From Azolla caroliniana (lineage: Eukaryota > Plantae > Polypodiophyta), in the NCBI GenBank assembly GCA_043228905.1, contig JBHGNT010000014.1, positions 16,430,001 through 16,494,000 on the forward strand: a DNA stretch of 64,000 nucleotides, in the 5' to 3' direction. Position numbers and translations under genes: made by a program. Shown here one piece after another: positions 27,068-40,900 of the stretch. Numbering within the stretch: the stretch's first letter is position 1; each line of letters starts with the position of its first letter. Below the pieces are notes generated by a model, which did not search any database, was not told the origin of the DNA, and saw only the letters and a list, made by a program, of their open reading frames with translations.

Positions 27068-28363
27068 ATGGGTTATCTGAACTAGAGTTGGGGCTCTCCA
27101 AAATTATGTAGATGTGAATAGTAAGAAGTTGCCTCCATACATTCGCCTCCTACATTTGCCTACTTATGGTCACCTCACGCCTTCACCTCCTTCGTTCACC
27201 TCTTGAGTGCATGCCTCGGTCTTCGAGTATAAAGGGGGATTCTCATAAGAAGATCTAGAAGGCATTCTAAAGAATCTTCTCATGTACGACATTACCTTCT
27301 CCTTGGTCTAGTTCCCCGTTGGTCCCGCTTGAGTAGCACACACATACGTATTTACAAAATACTATTGCAAGGTATGCATGGTGGTTTGTTGTATGTTGTG
27401 GTTGATGGCACGCAATATAGCAGGTCCCTTGCTCATATAATTTGAAATGCCCACGGAAATCAACATCTTCTAGAGGTGTTGGAGCTTGAGGAGGGGCAAT
27501 GTTGTGTTTGTGGTGGCCCTTGGAGCCTTCTTTCGACATTAAGTTTTGTTTCCTGTATCGAATGTCCCTTGGATTTCGGTGAGCCATTTAACTTTCGTGA
27601 GCGTTAGTTGTACCAAGCATGTAGTGTCACTAGGTGTGTCCATTTGGTCTCGCTCAGATTTGGTCATGACGGTGTGAGGTTGAAACATGACAGAGTGTTG
27701 TCATCTTCATTGCAACATCACACCTGATTGGATAAATGGTGTACTCAATATGGATTGAAAGACTTTGAATCGTGTCACGATTGGATACGTTTCTTTTTTA
27801 TGCTCAACATGGGTTGAAAGATGCACTTAATGATTAAAAGACATAATGGTATTACAATTTCCTAATTGGAAAATTCTAGGAGTTTTGTCATAAGAAGAAT
27901 TAGGGATTTATAGGCTACCAATTCATAACGTTCACTCCTGCCGAATACCCCAATTGTAAAAATTTAGAGCCTTTTCCAACTATGAATCTTTGCCATCCTA
28001 AACATTCCAAATTCCACTTAATACATGAGATGAGGCGAGACTTCCTCCAATTAATATGCAATCTATGGATGCCAAGGCAACATGGTCTCATACAAGCATC
28101 CACTTCTCAAGATTCTCAAGTGCGGCTTATAGAAACATGAAAGAATCCTTTTCCAAAAAGCCTACACTACCAATTATCCCTCAAACGGAAGGGGTAGACC
28201 ATAATATAACCATTAGTTGCAAGCCACAATACTATCACCAACAAATGATGAGTAACCATAGCAAATAATAATGGGCTAAGTTGGAATCCTTGACAAACTG
28301 ATATCATGAGGGCAATATCTGATGGTACACATCCCATGGGCAAAATTTGGTCTTAAAAGATGT

Positions 28364-28366
<3 letters not shown>

Positions 28367-28442
<76 letters not shown>
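28367..28442. repeat. Compound (TC)n(TA)n microsatellite
   Basis: Directly visible. Confidence 0.92.
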
Positions 28443-28446
<4 letters not shown>

Positions 28447-28896
28447 ACATGCGCATTTCTTGGTGATATCACTTTATGTTTTTTGGAGAATAGTTTGGCG
28501 GTTTTATACATATAATTCCAATTAGTTTGTCTAGATAATTGTTGGACAGATGTAAGTTTAGAGGGGACAAATGCCATGCTTATTCATGTTCAATGTATTA
28601 GATGCTTGTGCATGAGAGAGGTCAAGTAAATTGCAATAGGTAATACATTTGAGTACAACTTGGTTACATTAATACATTAACTGGATTATACCTATTAATG
28701 TCCCTACGAGCTCCATACATGTACATTTGTCACCAATAAATGAAGGTATGTGGGATCTTATACAGAGGGAACTGCACACGAGGGCCAAAGAGAGCTGATT
28801 TAGTGTACATCCATGGCTGAGTTATCCATCATTGTGATAGATGCTATTAGGAAGGAGGACCAAATTTTCTCATAGTTAGGGGGGGCATTATACATT

Positions 28897-31667
28897 TTAA
28901 TCATGGGGTCTCGCTACCCAAAGAGAGCTTAGTGCACGCAATCGCGAATAGTAATCTCCCATTGCAAGTAATCCCCTTGCTGCCTGGTGAGTCGTGAGAA
29001 CCCGATGCATTTGTTGTAACGATTGTTGCCGAAGATTGTCCGCCTATAAAAAAAACAAATAGATTAAATACATTTTGTTATCAGCCATATAAAGACCGAA
29101 AGAGTAACATTTTCATGCAGTATGGAGCTGACATGATGCATGTCCTCATTTGGTTTTACTTAGAGGAGTCGATGGCATTGTCATACAGTGTCCAAAGCTC
29201 TTCTTAGATCTATATAGTCAAAACGCTCATTTTTCGCTAAGTATAACACTCACCTGGCGAACAAAGTTCTCGAGGGTCGAGAGTTTCCCCATGGCCACAG
29301 ACATTTGCCCCATGTAATTAGCCACATTTGCATTGCCCAAAGCCCCCCCTGCTAATGTGTCTGCAAGGTTTTGTTGGAGGGCTTCCATGCCTTGTGATAG
29401 AGCATCTTCGGCTTGTTGCGATGATTGTTGTAAGTTGCATAGTGATACTAGTTGCGGGTCGGTAAGAGGTTCAAGTTGAGGAATAAATATCTGAACATAG
29501 AAAAACATGATTTAGAAGTGTGCTTTAGCAAAAATCATTACATCTAAGTTAAATTTATAAAAAGAGAAATTCATTAAGATAACCCTCTCTTTTTAAGAAA
29601 TTCAGAAAATAACCCCCTAGTATTTTGCATAAATCCCAAAGTAGCCAAATCTCATCAATTTCTTTCTCTATAAATTATCTTATGAATTCTTTATAAAGAG
29701 AAATTCATTAGGATAACCCTCTCTTTTTAAGAAATTCAGAAAATAACCCCCTAGTATTTTGCATAAATAAAAAACCAGCCAAATCTCATAAATTTCTTTC
29801 TCTATAAATTCTCTTATAAGGTAGTGCCATGAAGGTGTGTGTGTGAGAGAGAGAGAGAGAGACCTTGAGGAGCTCAGAGGGACGAAAACCACCCATCCAC
29901 ATAAAGCATCGCTCTGCATGAGTTCTCCACATTCCGGAAATAATATGGAAAACATCTGCCTTCACTGCGATCCCTTTAATTCGGAAAAGTTCATCGTAAT
30001 GTGCCAAGCCATTTTCCACTAGCATTTTTAAGTCGTTCTCGGTCACAGGGTTTGCCAATGCTGACCTTAGCTCTGAGATCTGCCTGTTTTGCTCTTCCAC
30101 CCATCGAGCATAATCCATATTGAAGGCTGCAGTGCCTATACGTTCCATGAATGTACTTAATTAGTTTCTCTGGAAAGAACAAATACATTGGTCACCAAAT
30201 CCCCACATCTATAGATGTTTCATAGTTATATACCTGAATTAACAGGCTTGGTAGAATCTCCACTTATCAAATGTCCACTTACATACATCCCCTGCAAGAG
30301 TAATATAAAGAAAATTGCTAAGTATTTGCTGGCATGATGATATCATATTCACTTCTAGCCCTAGAGGCAACAACTATAGTCTGGAAGGGTGAAATCAACA
30401 AATGCCATACAATGTAAACCCTAGCCTGGCAATCATCACTATAGACAATAAATATGTGTGGCATCCCTTGTTATCATATTGTACGATTCTCTATAAAAAT
30501 AAAGATTAATTTGTTCATTATAAATGTTTACCTGCTGCCGTGCCCGTTCTAGTTCTTGCTCAAGTTTGTTAAGCTCGAGTCGGCTTGACTCCAATTGTTG
30601 CACATATGCCTATGGATTTGTTTTAAAAAATATGCATACGTATATCAGGAATTAGCATTAGGAATATTATATTGAAATGAATGAAACTTCTTATTTCGTA
30701 ATAGAAATTCACACCTTCTTTCGAAGACGACTCTTGCGAGCAGCTTCACGATTTTGTGCAAGCCGTCGAAGCACCTACAATAATAACACAATATCAAGAG
30801 ATGAAAATGAATTAATGACTTAATATAGATATTGGACAACATCAGATTACAATATTATAGTTTCTCTTCAAATACAGAGCAACATTCAAGTACATATGGT
30901 ATTTGCTGCCATACAGAAGACCCTATAAATGCTACATCATTTTTTTATACAGACTTGAATGTTTGTGAATGTCTTACCTTAGAGTCGGTGACCTTTAATC
31001 CTCGGTCATATTGATCAGAAGACTTTGATATCTCTCCACTATTTCCATTTTCAAACTGTACATATTAACCAAACACAATCCTTTCAAAGTTATTGGAAAA
31101 AGAGAGGAGAGACTTAACACATATCACTTTTTTGTACCAAAAAGGCAAAACATATATCAGTTATTTTGTTTTATAAAAGGGAATCAGACAATGGTTTGCT
31201 CATATTTGCCATATACTAAATCTCAATAGTGAATGATCCAAGATCCAACACATGATGCACCAAGAAGATTTAAGAGAAAACACCATGAAGAAAAGAGACC
31301 ATATTCTCTCATGTTTTCCAACAAAGTTCATGATTATGAGCTCCTGGATGCCCGAGAAGCTCATAATATTAGGTTCCAATTCACAAATTCTCACGGGATT
31401 CTAATGGGAAAATATCCAAAGCTCAGAGTAAAATCATTCTTTTGTTTAACATACATGAACACATGTGTATATATGTATCAATAAATCCGCAAAGTATGCA
31501 TACACATGTCAGAATATGTATTATACACAAGTATATGTATGTCTTTATATCTGTAATTTGATTCATACCCTGTCATTTTGTTCTTCCATACTTCCGGAAG
31601 TTTCAGGTTGAGAATTGTTGTCGGTCCATGTGACATGGTGATTATTAGGAGGCTTAAAAGCACCCAT
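28897..31667 (-). CDS. TGA: TGA-family bZIP transcription factor with DOG1 domain; coding exons 31667-31569, 31055-30978, 30774-30715, 30609-30532, 30291-30234, 30135-29864, 29490-29254, 29043-28897; 342 aa
   Basis: Basic region VLRRLAQNREAARKSRLRKKAYVQQLESSR. DOG1/C-terminal motifs KADVFHIISGMWRTHAERCFMWMGGFRPSELLK, QQSSQQAEDALSQGM and ADNLRQQ...RLRALSSLW. All introns are GT-AG and in frame. There is an in-frame stop upstream of the ATG, and an acceptor at 31705-31706 implies a 5'UTR intron. Confidence 0.95.
29555..29820. repeat. Intronic tandem duplication, ~135 bp x2
   Basis: agagaaattcatta(a/g)gataaccctctctttttaagaaattcagaaaataaccccctagtattttgcataaat... occurs twice. Confidence 0.88.
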
Positions 31668-31870
31668 TAGCTTAGTTGCTACTTAATTTCAGCTGAATCA
31701 ACCTCTGCATAAAACCAAAATCGTGTCAAGAGAGCATATCAATGTTTGTGAACAAGATAAGTAGCTAAAACATGCAGAATACTGAGACTTAGGACTAAAA
31801 CAAAATAGATTACAAGCGAAAAGAAAAAAACACTTGAACATACATGGAATTTTTGGATAGAGGCGAAATG

Positions 31871-31996
31871 CCCACAAAGCAAAAAGACTTGAATATACAT
31901 GAAATTAGACGACAGGAAGGATCGCCCACAAAGCCAAAAGACTTGAATATACATGAAATCAGACGACAGGAAGGATCGCCCACAAAGCAAAAAGAC
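31871..31996. repeat. 54-bp tandem repeat x2.3 in the TGA 5'UTR intron
   Basis: cccacaaagc starts at 31871, 31925 and 31979. Confidence 0.9.
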
Positions 31997-32569
31997 AGAT
32001 CGGAATTAGACACGAAATTAGACTGAAAGCAAATTGCCCACAAGAAGAAAGAAATCTTACTTATAGCTAAGAAGAGAATTGAAGTAGGAAGAGAGGGTAT
32101 ATAGAGTGGATTAAGCAGGATTAGAAGTCGTGGCGGGGGGGGATCCTGAACAAAGGAATAATTTAGTAGGTACCTGTGATGTATGATGATGAGAGGTTAA
32201 AAAAGGATGCGATTCGGTAAGGCTTGCGTATACAAAGCCAAGGCAAACTCTTCTAAGCTCAACAGAAATGTTCTTCTCGTGCTCAAATGAATACAGAAAG
32301 CAGAGAAGTCAAAGACAGATAGCAAAGCATATAAAGCAGGAAAGACAAAAGAAAGAAAGAAAGATTATAGACGATGACGAAGACGATGACGATGACGATG
32401 GCAGCTCAGATAAGATCTAGAAATTTTGGGGGAAAAAAAAACAGAAAAAAAAAGAAAAAAAACAAAGGATTCTTTTGCTTTTTCTGTAAATCATGAGAAG
32501 CTTATCTTTCTTTTCTTTTTGTATCATCTCTGCTCCTCCTCCTCTGACCATGAGAACATAATCTTCATC

Positions 32570-32647
32570 AATGGTTTAATGGTTCTAAAGCTATGGTTTA
32601 ATGGTTCTAAAGTTATGGTTTAATGATTCTAAAGCTATGAAGCATCC

Positions 32648-32689
<42 letters not shown>

Positions 32690-32950
32690 CTACACATACA
32701 TATACATCTACTTATACATATATACATCTACCTATACATATACATATACATATACATCTATCTATACATATGCATCTACATCTACATATAGATACATGTA
32801 CACATAAAAATAAGGATACATACAGGATACATTCAAATACATGTACACATATAGATACGGATACATACAGGATACATACAAATACATGCACACATACTGA
32901 TACATCTACATATATTGTTATGCATATGTATATGTACATATACATATACG
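32570..32950. repeat. 22-bp repeat x3 followed by degenerate (TACATA)n microsatellite
   Basis: tggtttaatggttctaaagcta x3, then a TACATA-rich tract. Confidence 0.85.
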
Positions 32951-33250
32951 CCCCGATGTCTCGAAAAAAGTTCCGGTCATCGTTGTCTTACTCTAACGAT
33001 CGGAATGGATTCATACTCCTTCTCATGGTTCGGTGGTCGTGCCACATTCAAACATGTGACGTTGATCGGAAGACCCACCCCGTCGTAGACCCATCCTTTC
33101 TTTACCAATGATGCGCTCGCGTGATGCATTCGCCCATTAGGTTGAGCTTCTGTCAAGTCGAAATGATGGCATCACTTGGAAGCCCCCTAAAGTGTTAGTT
33201 TCCTTATCAAGAAACATAGACTTGTTCTTAGACGTCACTCCCAGTTTGAA

Positions 33251-33530
33251 TTCTCCCTCGCAATTCTTGACTCACTTGATCCCAGTAAAGGTAACTCGGT
33301 TTGGTGATTCACGCTTGTGGTTCTCTCTAGCAATTCTTGACTCGCTTGAGCCCAGTAAAGGTAACTCGGTTTGGTGATTCACGCTTGTGGTTCTCTCTAG
33401 CAATTCTTGACTCGCTTGAGCCCAGTAAAGGTAACTCGGTTTGGTGATTCACGCTTGTGGTTCTCTCTATCAATTCTTGACTCGCTTGAGCCCAGTAAAG
33501 GTAACTCGGTTTGGTGATTCACGATTGTGG
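33251..33530. repeat. 70-bp minisatellite x4 upstream of TGA
   Basis: caattcttga starts at 33261, 33331, 33401 and 33471. Copies are near-identical with no variable spacers. Confidence 0.95.
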
Positions 33531-33989
33531 TTGGAATTCAAACCATGTCCAAACTTACATTGGATTAGAATAGATAATGTCATAGGAAAGCCCCACTATA
33601 GATTCTTTCTATTCATGAAAGCAAACAAGATATTACATCCAAAGCACAATGTGATGCAATGCCTTTTTCTTGCAAAGAAAACGACGAATTTGTTGTTAGA
33701 AACCATTTAAAGAGAAGGAGATAGGTTTGAAATAAGCTATACGTAATCGCAACAAAAAGTTTGAAAATTTCAATTCATACAACATTTAACTTTATTATCG
33801 CATGTGAGCTTAGCATACGTCGCCCTCATGTGATGCTTCAAATTATGTCGTGATTGAATTCAAAAAGTATGTCCGTGAGCACTATCGAGTTCTTGGATTT
33901 ACTACTCTAGCTTATTATGTGTTTGATGTAGGCATAAACGTGGATACACTTACCTTCTTCACAACAACCATTGCGCTTATTGGAATCAA

Positions 33990-34328
33990 ATGTTCGGAAT
34001 TTAAACCAAAATGTTTAAACCCAAGACACTTAAACCAAACCGTTAAAGGAAAGGTGACACCAAACTATTTGAACCAACCATTTATTTCACTAAGAAATAA
34101 ACATAAAAACATTTAAGTTAAATTAGTTTAAAAAAATTAAGTAAAAACCCATAAACCATTAAAATCGAGCCATTAAAATTGATAAACCTTGGTTTCAGAA
34201 TCAAACCAAATTGAGACTGAACCATTCAGTCTTAACTGAAACCAAACCAAACTATTAAATTGTTTTCAAACCTATAAACCGTTAAACCATGGCTTAATGA
34301 TTTTGTTTGGAACCAAGGCCCATAGCTA
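33990..34328. mobile_element. Partial, older copy of the hAT-type MITE seen at 42161-42726
   Basis: Same AAACC-rich body and 3' end (...ggcccatagcta versus ...gtgcccattgcta). Confidence 0.6.
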
Positions 34329-34620
34329 AATACTAGGAAGGGAGTGATGTGATTGGATAGAGGGAATGATCAGTGCATGCACTATCATGCTCTTGATAAC
34401 CCCTAGATTGAGAGTCTTTTAAAAGAAGCACAATTGTTCAAGGGACACGAGAAGATATATACATATCATACCTAGCTACCCTCATAAAACACATCACATT
34501 GGAAAGCTAAAGTCTTGAGACACTAGTGGTGTAAGTTGGGCTTTTGTCGTGACAACCATATTACCCCTTTCAAGGTACCACTCATTCTAATATCCATCAA
34601 TATGTGACATTAGTGGTATG

Positions 34621-37040
34621 TGTCACAAGCAAGAATCAATCCTCCAACATTCCATATCATAACCAAGGGTCATAGCCAATGCATTTTCACATATTGTGTA
34701 ATTATGACAATATACTTTTATAATAAGATAGTTGTACGTTTAGAGTTTTATCATTCTAAAAATCTCTAGAAAGTTCTAGAATCTTCTCGAGCATGCATTC
34801 ACATCCAATGCTTAGGAACATGTATAAATACAATTGTTCATCTTGATCCCAACCAAGGCGAATAACAGTATTTATGGAATCACAAGCACATTTCATTCTT
34901 CCTCTCTCAATATCTTCTCTCTAGTCTCACATTCCTTGTCTCGTTACTGGTACGCTCTATCCATTGGTGTTAGATTGTTCAACTTCTCGTTTCTAAGCCT
35001 CAAAATTTATGGCTCCACTGATAACCTACACCAGACGATGACAACAGTGCAACAACTCCAAATTGAAAATGACAGCCTTTGGGAATCATTGCGAAAACTT
35101 CAAGAAAATTCATCGACGGTTTTTCCAACACCTAATGTTCTAGAACCTTAGGTCAGTCTACTGGACAAATTCGATGACACAAGAACACTCTATCAAGAGT
35201 TTATCAATCAGATGCACCTTATTATTGGACTATTACACCAACGTCATTCTGATAATTTTTGTCAAGTTTGTGCCATATGCATTCTTTCAAAAGCCACGAA
35301 CTAATTGGGTGGCTCTTTGATTCATTATTGACCCCTTCCCTCATGTATACAACAAAGGTTTGGGCTCCAACGCCACCACCTTTCATGTGGACACAATTAG
35401 AGAGATCATTGGTGATGATGCTATCACGTAAACTCCAAAGCCAATCAACAGTGCCACATGACATCATTAGAGCAAAGTTCTCTTTACCATCTAAGCTAGT
35501 AGAATCACTTTTTCAACTACTAGTTTTTATTGATAGGATACATAGCCAATCACAAGATAGGATATGTCTTCAAGCTTTTGAAGCATCTCGATTACTCTAT
35601 GAGTCTGGTCATACTAGCTTTTGGCATAACATTGTGGTAAGTTGGCCTTTTGCAAACGGCCTAACAAGACCAATAAAACTTTAATCTCTCATGAGGACCA
35701 TAATAAAGTAATACGCCAAGATATATGACAAATTTACATTCGATATAAATGAATCAACCCACAAGAGCCACGCCCATCTAAAATGTTGTACTATAAGGAA
35801 CACTTTATGCACTTCTCTAAGTTAGGTTTTATTATACTACAAAAATACCTAAATACATTCTTACCCAATGCACTAAGGGTTGCCATTGGACAACTTCGAC
35901 TATCATCTCACCAACTTGAGATTGAAAATGGTCGTGTTAATGGAGTCCCTAGAGAGGAAACGATATGTAGATTATGCCACATAGAGATAGAGGATGAGTA
36001 TCACTTTACATGCAAGTGTCCATCTTATGTTGACATAAGGGCAAAATACGAAGACATACTAGGACCCTTTCCCACCCTCTCCAAACTATTAGACACCCCA
36101 AATATAAAGACACTAGGTAGGTGTATCTTAGAGCTAAAATAACATAGATAGAATAAGGTACAATTCTCAAAATGTTAATCTCACTTGCCTCTTCGAGCTC
36201 GCCATCTTCTTGATGGAGATCAATCAAAGTCAATTCAAGCCTCTTACTGATGCACAATGTCAATATGAATCCAACCATCTTAATCGCCAATGCCCAAAGA
36301 AGGCTCCCTAATGACAAATATATTAAACAAACACAATTCAAAGCTCCCATCAATGGGAAAATGATAATGTCTAGCTACAGTGGGAGCCACACAATCGCAC
36401 AACTCTTGGTATCCAGCTTTACTGTGCTCCTACCATTCGTCTAAATCATCTGGAGATTTTTCATTCAAGGTAGGTATTTGTTTTGAATCTACCTCGTAAA
36501 TCCACTAGCCGTACTAGATTCTAGAACAACAACTTGTTTCGTTGACATCGCTTTCACATGAAAACATAAAAATCTAGTTTTCCAAATGTTGAAACCAATA
36601 TCAGTTGAAACCATTGATGGGTGAATGCTTTCATTGGGTGCAATTATGAATGAGACTACCCCTTTAGTCCTTCGAATAGGTTCCGACCAACAGGAACATA
36701 TGTTTTATCTTATTGCATCACACTGACATTCAATTGTCGTAAGGCTCTCATGATAGCGCGTATCAAGCCCCGTGATAAATGGAAAATGATATATATGAAT
36801 ATTTTGAATACAAGGTAATGCCAATCGGCCTCACCAACATTGCGGCAATTTATCAACATATTATGAGTGACATATTTCGGAGTATCTGGATCATTTTGTT
36901 GTTATGTACCTTTACAACATTCTAATCTTCTCAACTAGCATTGAAGAGCACACTCGACAAGTTTGGTTGGTAATTGCCAAGCTTCGAGACCATAGAATAT
37001 TTGCCAATAGAGAGAAATATGAGTTTAATCGTACATCCAT
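34621..37040 (+). mobile_element. Tcn1-like chromoviral Gypsy remnant (LTR ~34621-34931, gag, protease, RT), interrupted by a LINE
   Basis: Gag EP*VSLLDKFDDTRTLYQEFINQMHLII. Protease AVLDSRTTTCFVD...VETIDG...ETTPLVLRIG. RT FEYKVMPIGLTN...EYLDHFVVMYLYNILIFS...EEH. An LTR-like piece recurs at ~38000-38230. Confidence 0.75.
35255..36400 (+). mobile_element. 3' fragment of an RTEX-like LINE
   Basis: LFDSLLTPSLMYTTKVW and LRVAIGQLRLSSHQLEIENGR...PREETICRLCHIEIEDEYHFTCKCPSY (CCHC finger). Homologous to 39600-40500. Confidence 0.75.
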
Positions 37041-38949
37041 TGTGTAGAAGTAATGTGCGTGCATGTGAAGCATGAGCAGATCCACCAAGAACTTTAACCG
37101 AAGAGCATGGGTTGCCTATGTTCCATCGAATGATTGTTTATGTCTAGATTTGTAAGGTTTATGTATACTCATCAATTGTGTTTATATAAATTGTCATGTA
37201 GGTGCCAAAGTGTAGGGTAGTTGTGTGGGCGAAAGTTTATATTAACGTGTAGGTATAAATAAGGTTGTGTAAATGTTTAAATATGTGTAGTGTATGTGTG
37301 GATTAGTGTGTATAAAGAAATGTATGATTATGTGTTAACGTTTTATGTTTTATAATGGTGCAATGTATAAAGGTTTAATAGGATTGGAGTGTATGAGGGG
37401 TATATGGGAAATTTAAGTTCTCTCCCTTTTAAAGTCATGGGTAGAAGCTAATAGATTATTTTGAAAGGGGAAAAAGAAAGAGTAAGAGGGGGGATAAAAC
37501 AAAAAACAAAAACAATTTAGGAGGAAATTTAAAAGGGAAAAAAGGTAGAGCGACAAAGAGGAGGAGAGAGTTGTGAGAGAGAGGAGGTGGCGACGGATGA
37601 TGGTCAGTGAATGGTGGTGGCAATTGGCCACAACAAGTGCAGATGCAATGTCGAGGTCAACGGTGGCTACAAACAACAACCGACAACAAAAGGTATGGGA
37701 TGTTGATGTCTACATATGATGATGAGAAGGACCACGCAACATTGATTAATAGGAAGAATCATCAAAGTCTCCTCCTTTGACTCGAGGTAGAAGTTGAAGG
37801 CTCTACCTTCGACTCATGGATTCAAGTGAAATGCTCTCAACCTTCAACTCATGGATTCAAGTCAAAGGCTCAAGGGTTTTAATTTTTTATGATTTTTTCC
37901 TCCCCCATTGTTTGTGGATAAATTTCCCTCAAATTACGATAATGTTTCCTTATTTGGGTGTTGTCCAATCAACAAGACCCCGACTCTTGTTGGGATAGAA
38001 AATTTCTACAATGCATGCTCTAGAAACTTCCCAAGCATGTGTTGTAGAAATCTTATGAAAGTTCTAGAAACTTTTGGTGCATGCATGTACATACAATGCT
38101 CATGAACATGTGTAAATATGGTTGTTCATCTTGATCTCAATGAAGGTGAGCATCACTAGTTATAGAATCACAAGTACAATTTGTTTTATGTTGACATGTC
38201 ATGTCTCATTCTCTTATGCACACATAACATAGGTGAGGGTAGGTCACAAATATTTACAAAACATAAGTGAAGAGTATGGTCACTAATGTTAGAAAGAGAC
38301 TAATGTGATTGGATAGAAGGACAGGCAAGTGCATGCACTATCATGATCGTGTTAACCAATGAATAGAGTCTTTAAGAAAAGTGCATCTATTCAATGGGTG
38401 AAGGGTGAAATATAAATATGAGGTTTAGCTACCTCATAAAACACTATATGTGTGTTATCTATTCCAAAGTACTAGTCATCCTGGTATTCATCGGTATGAG
38501 ATGGTTGGCTATCTTTTAATCGTAGTTCAAGGGTGGTAAGAGGAATAAGTTCTTTTATCCAATCTATTCACCTTTCTTCTTCTTCTTTTGGTCTATTGAT
38601 TAGTACTAGAATCATACCACATTCCATTGGACCTCCTTTCTACTCTACGCTAACTATTCTTGACAATATGTTGGCTATGTCGTGATCATAATGGGGGGAT
38701 GACTAGGAGGATCAAGTTCCTCCATCTAATTTATTTACCTTACTTTAATTTGATCGGTTGATTAGTAAGAGAATTCTTAACAAATATGATATCATATCCG
38801 CTCATCACAAAACCAATAAGGGTTCTCATGACATCCTGCATCTCCAGACACGTCATTATGGGCCAATACAGCCCCATGTGATAATGATTACTTCAAATGA
38901 GGAACATTATGCATTGGTAATGATACAAACCTTTATTGGATGAGATGAT

Positions 38950-40900
38950 CTCATACTCTTCTCAAGGGGAAGTCTTCCTTGTAGGAGATTTCAATGCAAC
39001 AACCCAATCACAATAGAGCATAATCTTTCAGATGGATAAAAACCTAAAAATGGTGAGTGTTGATCCCTTTGCTATAAGCATCACATAGTACATCGAAAGA
39101 CCAAGGTGCAAATGCCACAAGCTTTGGCCATCATCTGCTTGAATGTGGAAATAGGCAGCATATGATAATATGTTATGGTTTAGCAAAGTGGGGGAGCTTC
39201 GAAGAGCTCACATGTTTCCCACATGGAGGAGGTGAAAGCACAATCAACTATCTAATAGGATGCCATGAAGCTATCCACATTATTAACTCCTTTTGAGTGG
39301 CTCGATGCCCTATTTAATGCCGATCATATCTTCCTATATTTTGAGCAATAGAGCAATATCTTGAATGCCACCAACTCAAGTCAACCAAGCCATCACACTA
39401 TAATACATTTCACACACGAGCTCTTTGACATCTACTCTTGATGTGTTTGAGGTCATCTCTCCTCTCTTGATTCTTCCTTGCCTTTATAGAATCTTACTAC
39501 ACAACTCACATACATAGGATTAAAGGTCACTTGACACTCTCAAATAAACAAGTTGAGGTAGTCACATCATATATATATCTTGGAGTCAATGCCCCTAGGC
39601 ATACTTCCAAGAGCTACGAACAAAGGGGTGGATCTTTGACTCATTAATAACCCCTTTCCTTATTTGTAACGGTTGTTTGGGCTCTAGGGTTACCACCTTT
39701 CATGTGGTTGCAATTAGACAGACCATTGGTCACAATGCTAACACATCAAATTCAAAGGAAATCAACATTACCACATGAAATCTTTAAAGTAAAGTTTCGT
39801 TTACCCCCCTATTCTAGCCAAAACACTTTTTTAAGTAGTAGTTTATATTAATAAGATACTTAGCCAATCAAAATATAGGATATCCTATCCATCTTTTGAG
39901 GTATCTCGATCACTTTATGAGTTCAGAGATACTAGCTTTTGGTATAACATTGTGGTATGTTGACTTTTCACAAACGGCATGGACATTAATAACCTACCTC
40001 CTCTTAGGTATGACCAAGAGACCAATAAAACTTTAACCTCTCATGAGGACCGTAATAAAGTGACATGCTAAGACATATGAGAAATTATACTCGACATAAA
40101 TGGATCAACCCACTAGAGCCACTCTAAGGAACACTTCATGAATTTCTCTAAGTTAGGTTTTATTATATGACCAAAATATTTATATATGTTCTTCCCAAAT
40201 GCACTAAGGGTTGCCATTGGACAACTTAGAATATCATTCTACAAACTTGAGATTGAAACTAATTGTGCTAATGGAGTTCCCAAAGAGGAAAGGATATGCA
40301 GATTATGTCATATAGAGGTAGGGGATGAGTACCATTTTACATGTAAATGTCCAGCTTATGTCGAAATATGTGAAAGATACCAAGAGATACTTTCACCCTC
40401 TCCCACTCTCTCCTAATTATTGGATACCTTGGACATAAAGACATTAAGTAGGTATATCTTAGAGCTAAAATGGCATAGAGAGAATAAGCTACAAAATGTT
40501 AACCATAACCTTTCTAACATTCACCAACACCAAACCACTTGATTAATTTAGGGACAAGGGAGGGCGATAAACATGGACACACGTGCACCACTCGGTCTCT
40601 CCTTCACTAACATTCACCAACATGCAACCACTTGGTTCCTTTACGGACGAGGGGGGATGATAAACGTGGACACACGTGCAACACTTGGCCTCTCTCTCAC
40701 TTAAGTAGAAAACCAAAGAGCGACCAAAGGCCCTTAGACACTAGGATTCAAAGTCACTCATCATGGAGAAGCCAGTTGCATTGAGACCATGAGATACACT
40801 TACATTAAGAAGATTAGAGAACATGGGTTACCTCGCCTAAAAGTTATGGTGGGGTTACCAGTTGCATTGAGACCATGAGATACACTTGCATCAAAACCCT
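38950..40900 (+). mobile_element. Second RTEX-like LINE with AP endonuclease remnant, RT deleted, CCHC tail
   Basis: GEVFLVGDFNA and GHHLLECG...LTCFPHGGGESTINYLIG (endonuclease). ORF 40186-40416 LRVAIGQLRIS...ICRLCHIEVGDEYHFTCKCP. Confidence 0.72.

Noticed and set aside
27267-27587. 106-aa ORF with CxxCxxxxH-like motif
   Set aside because: Probably a decayed retroelement gag knuckle, but too degenerate to assign.
33251-33530. Possible CRISPR-like array
   Set aside because: Units are contiguous 70-bp repeats with no unique spacers, in a eukaryotic context with no cas genes.
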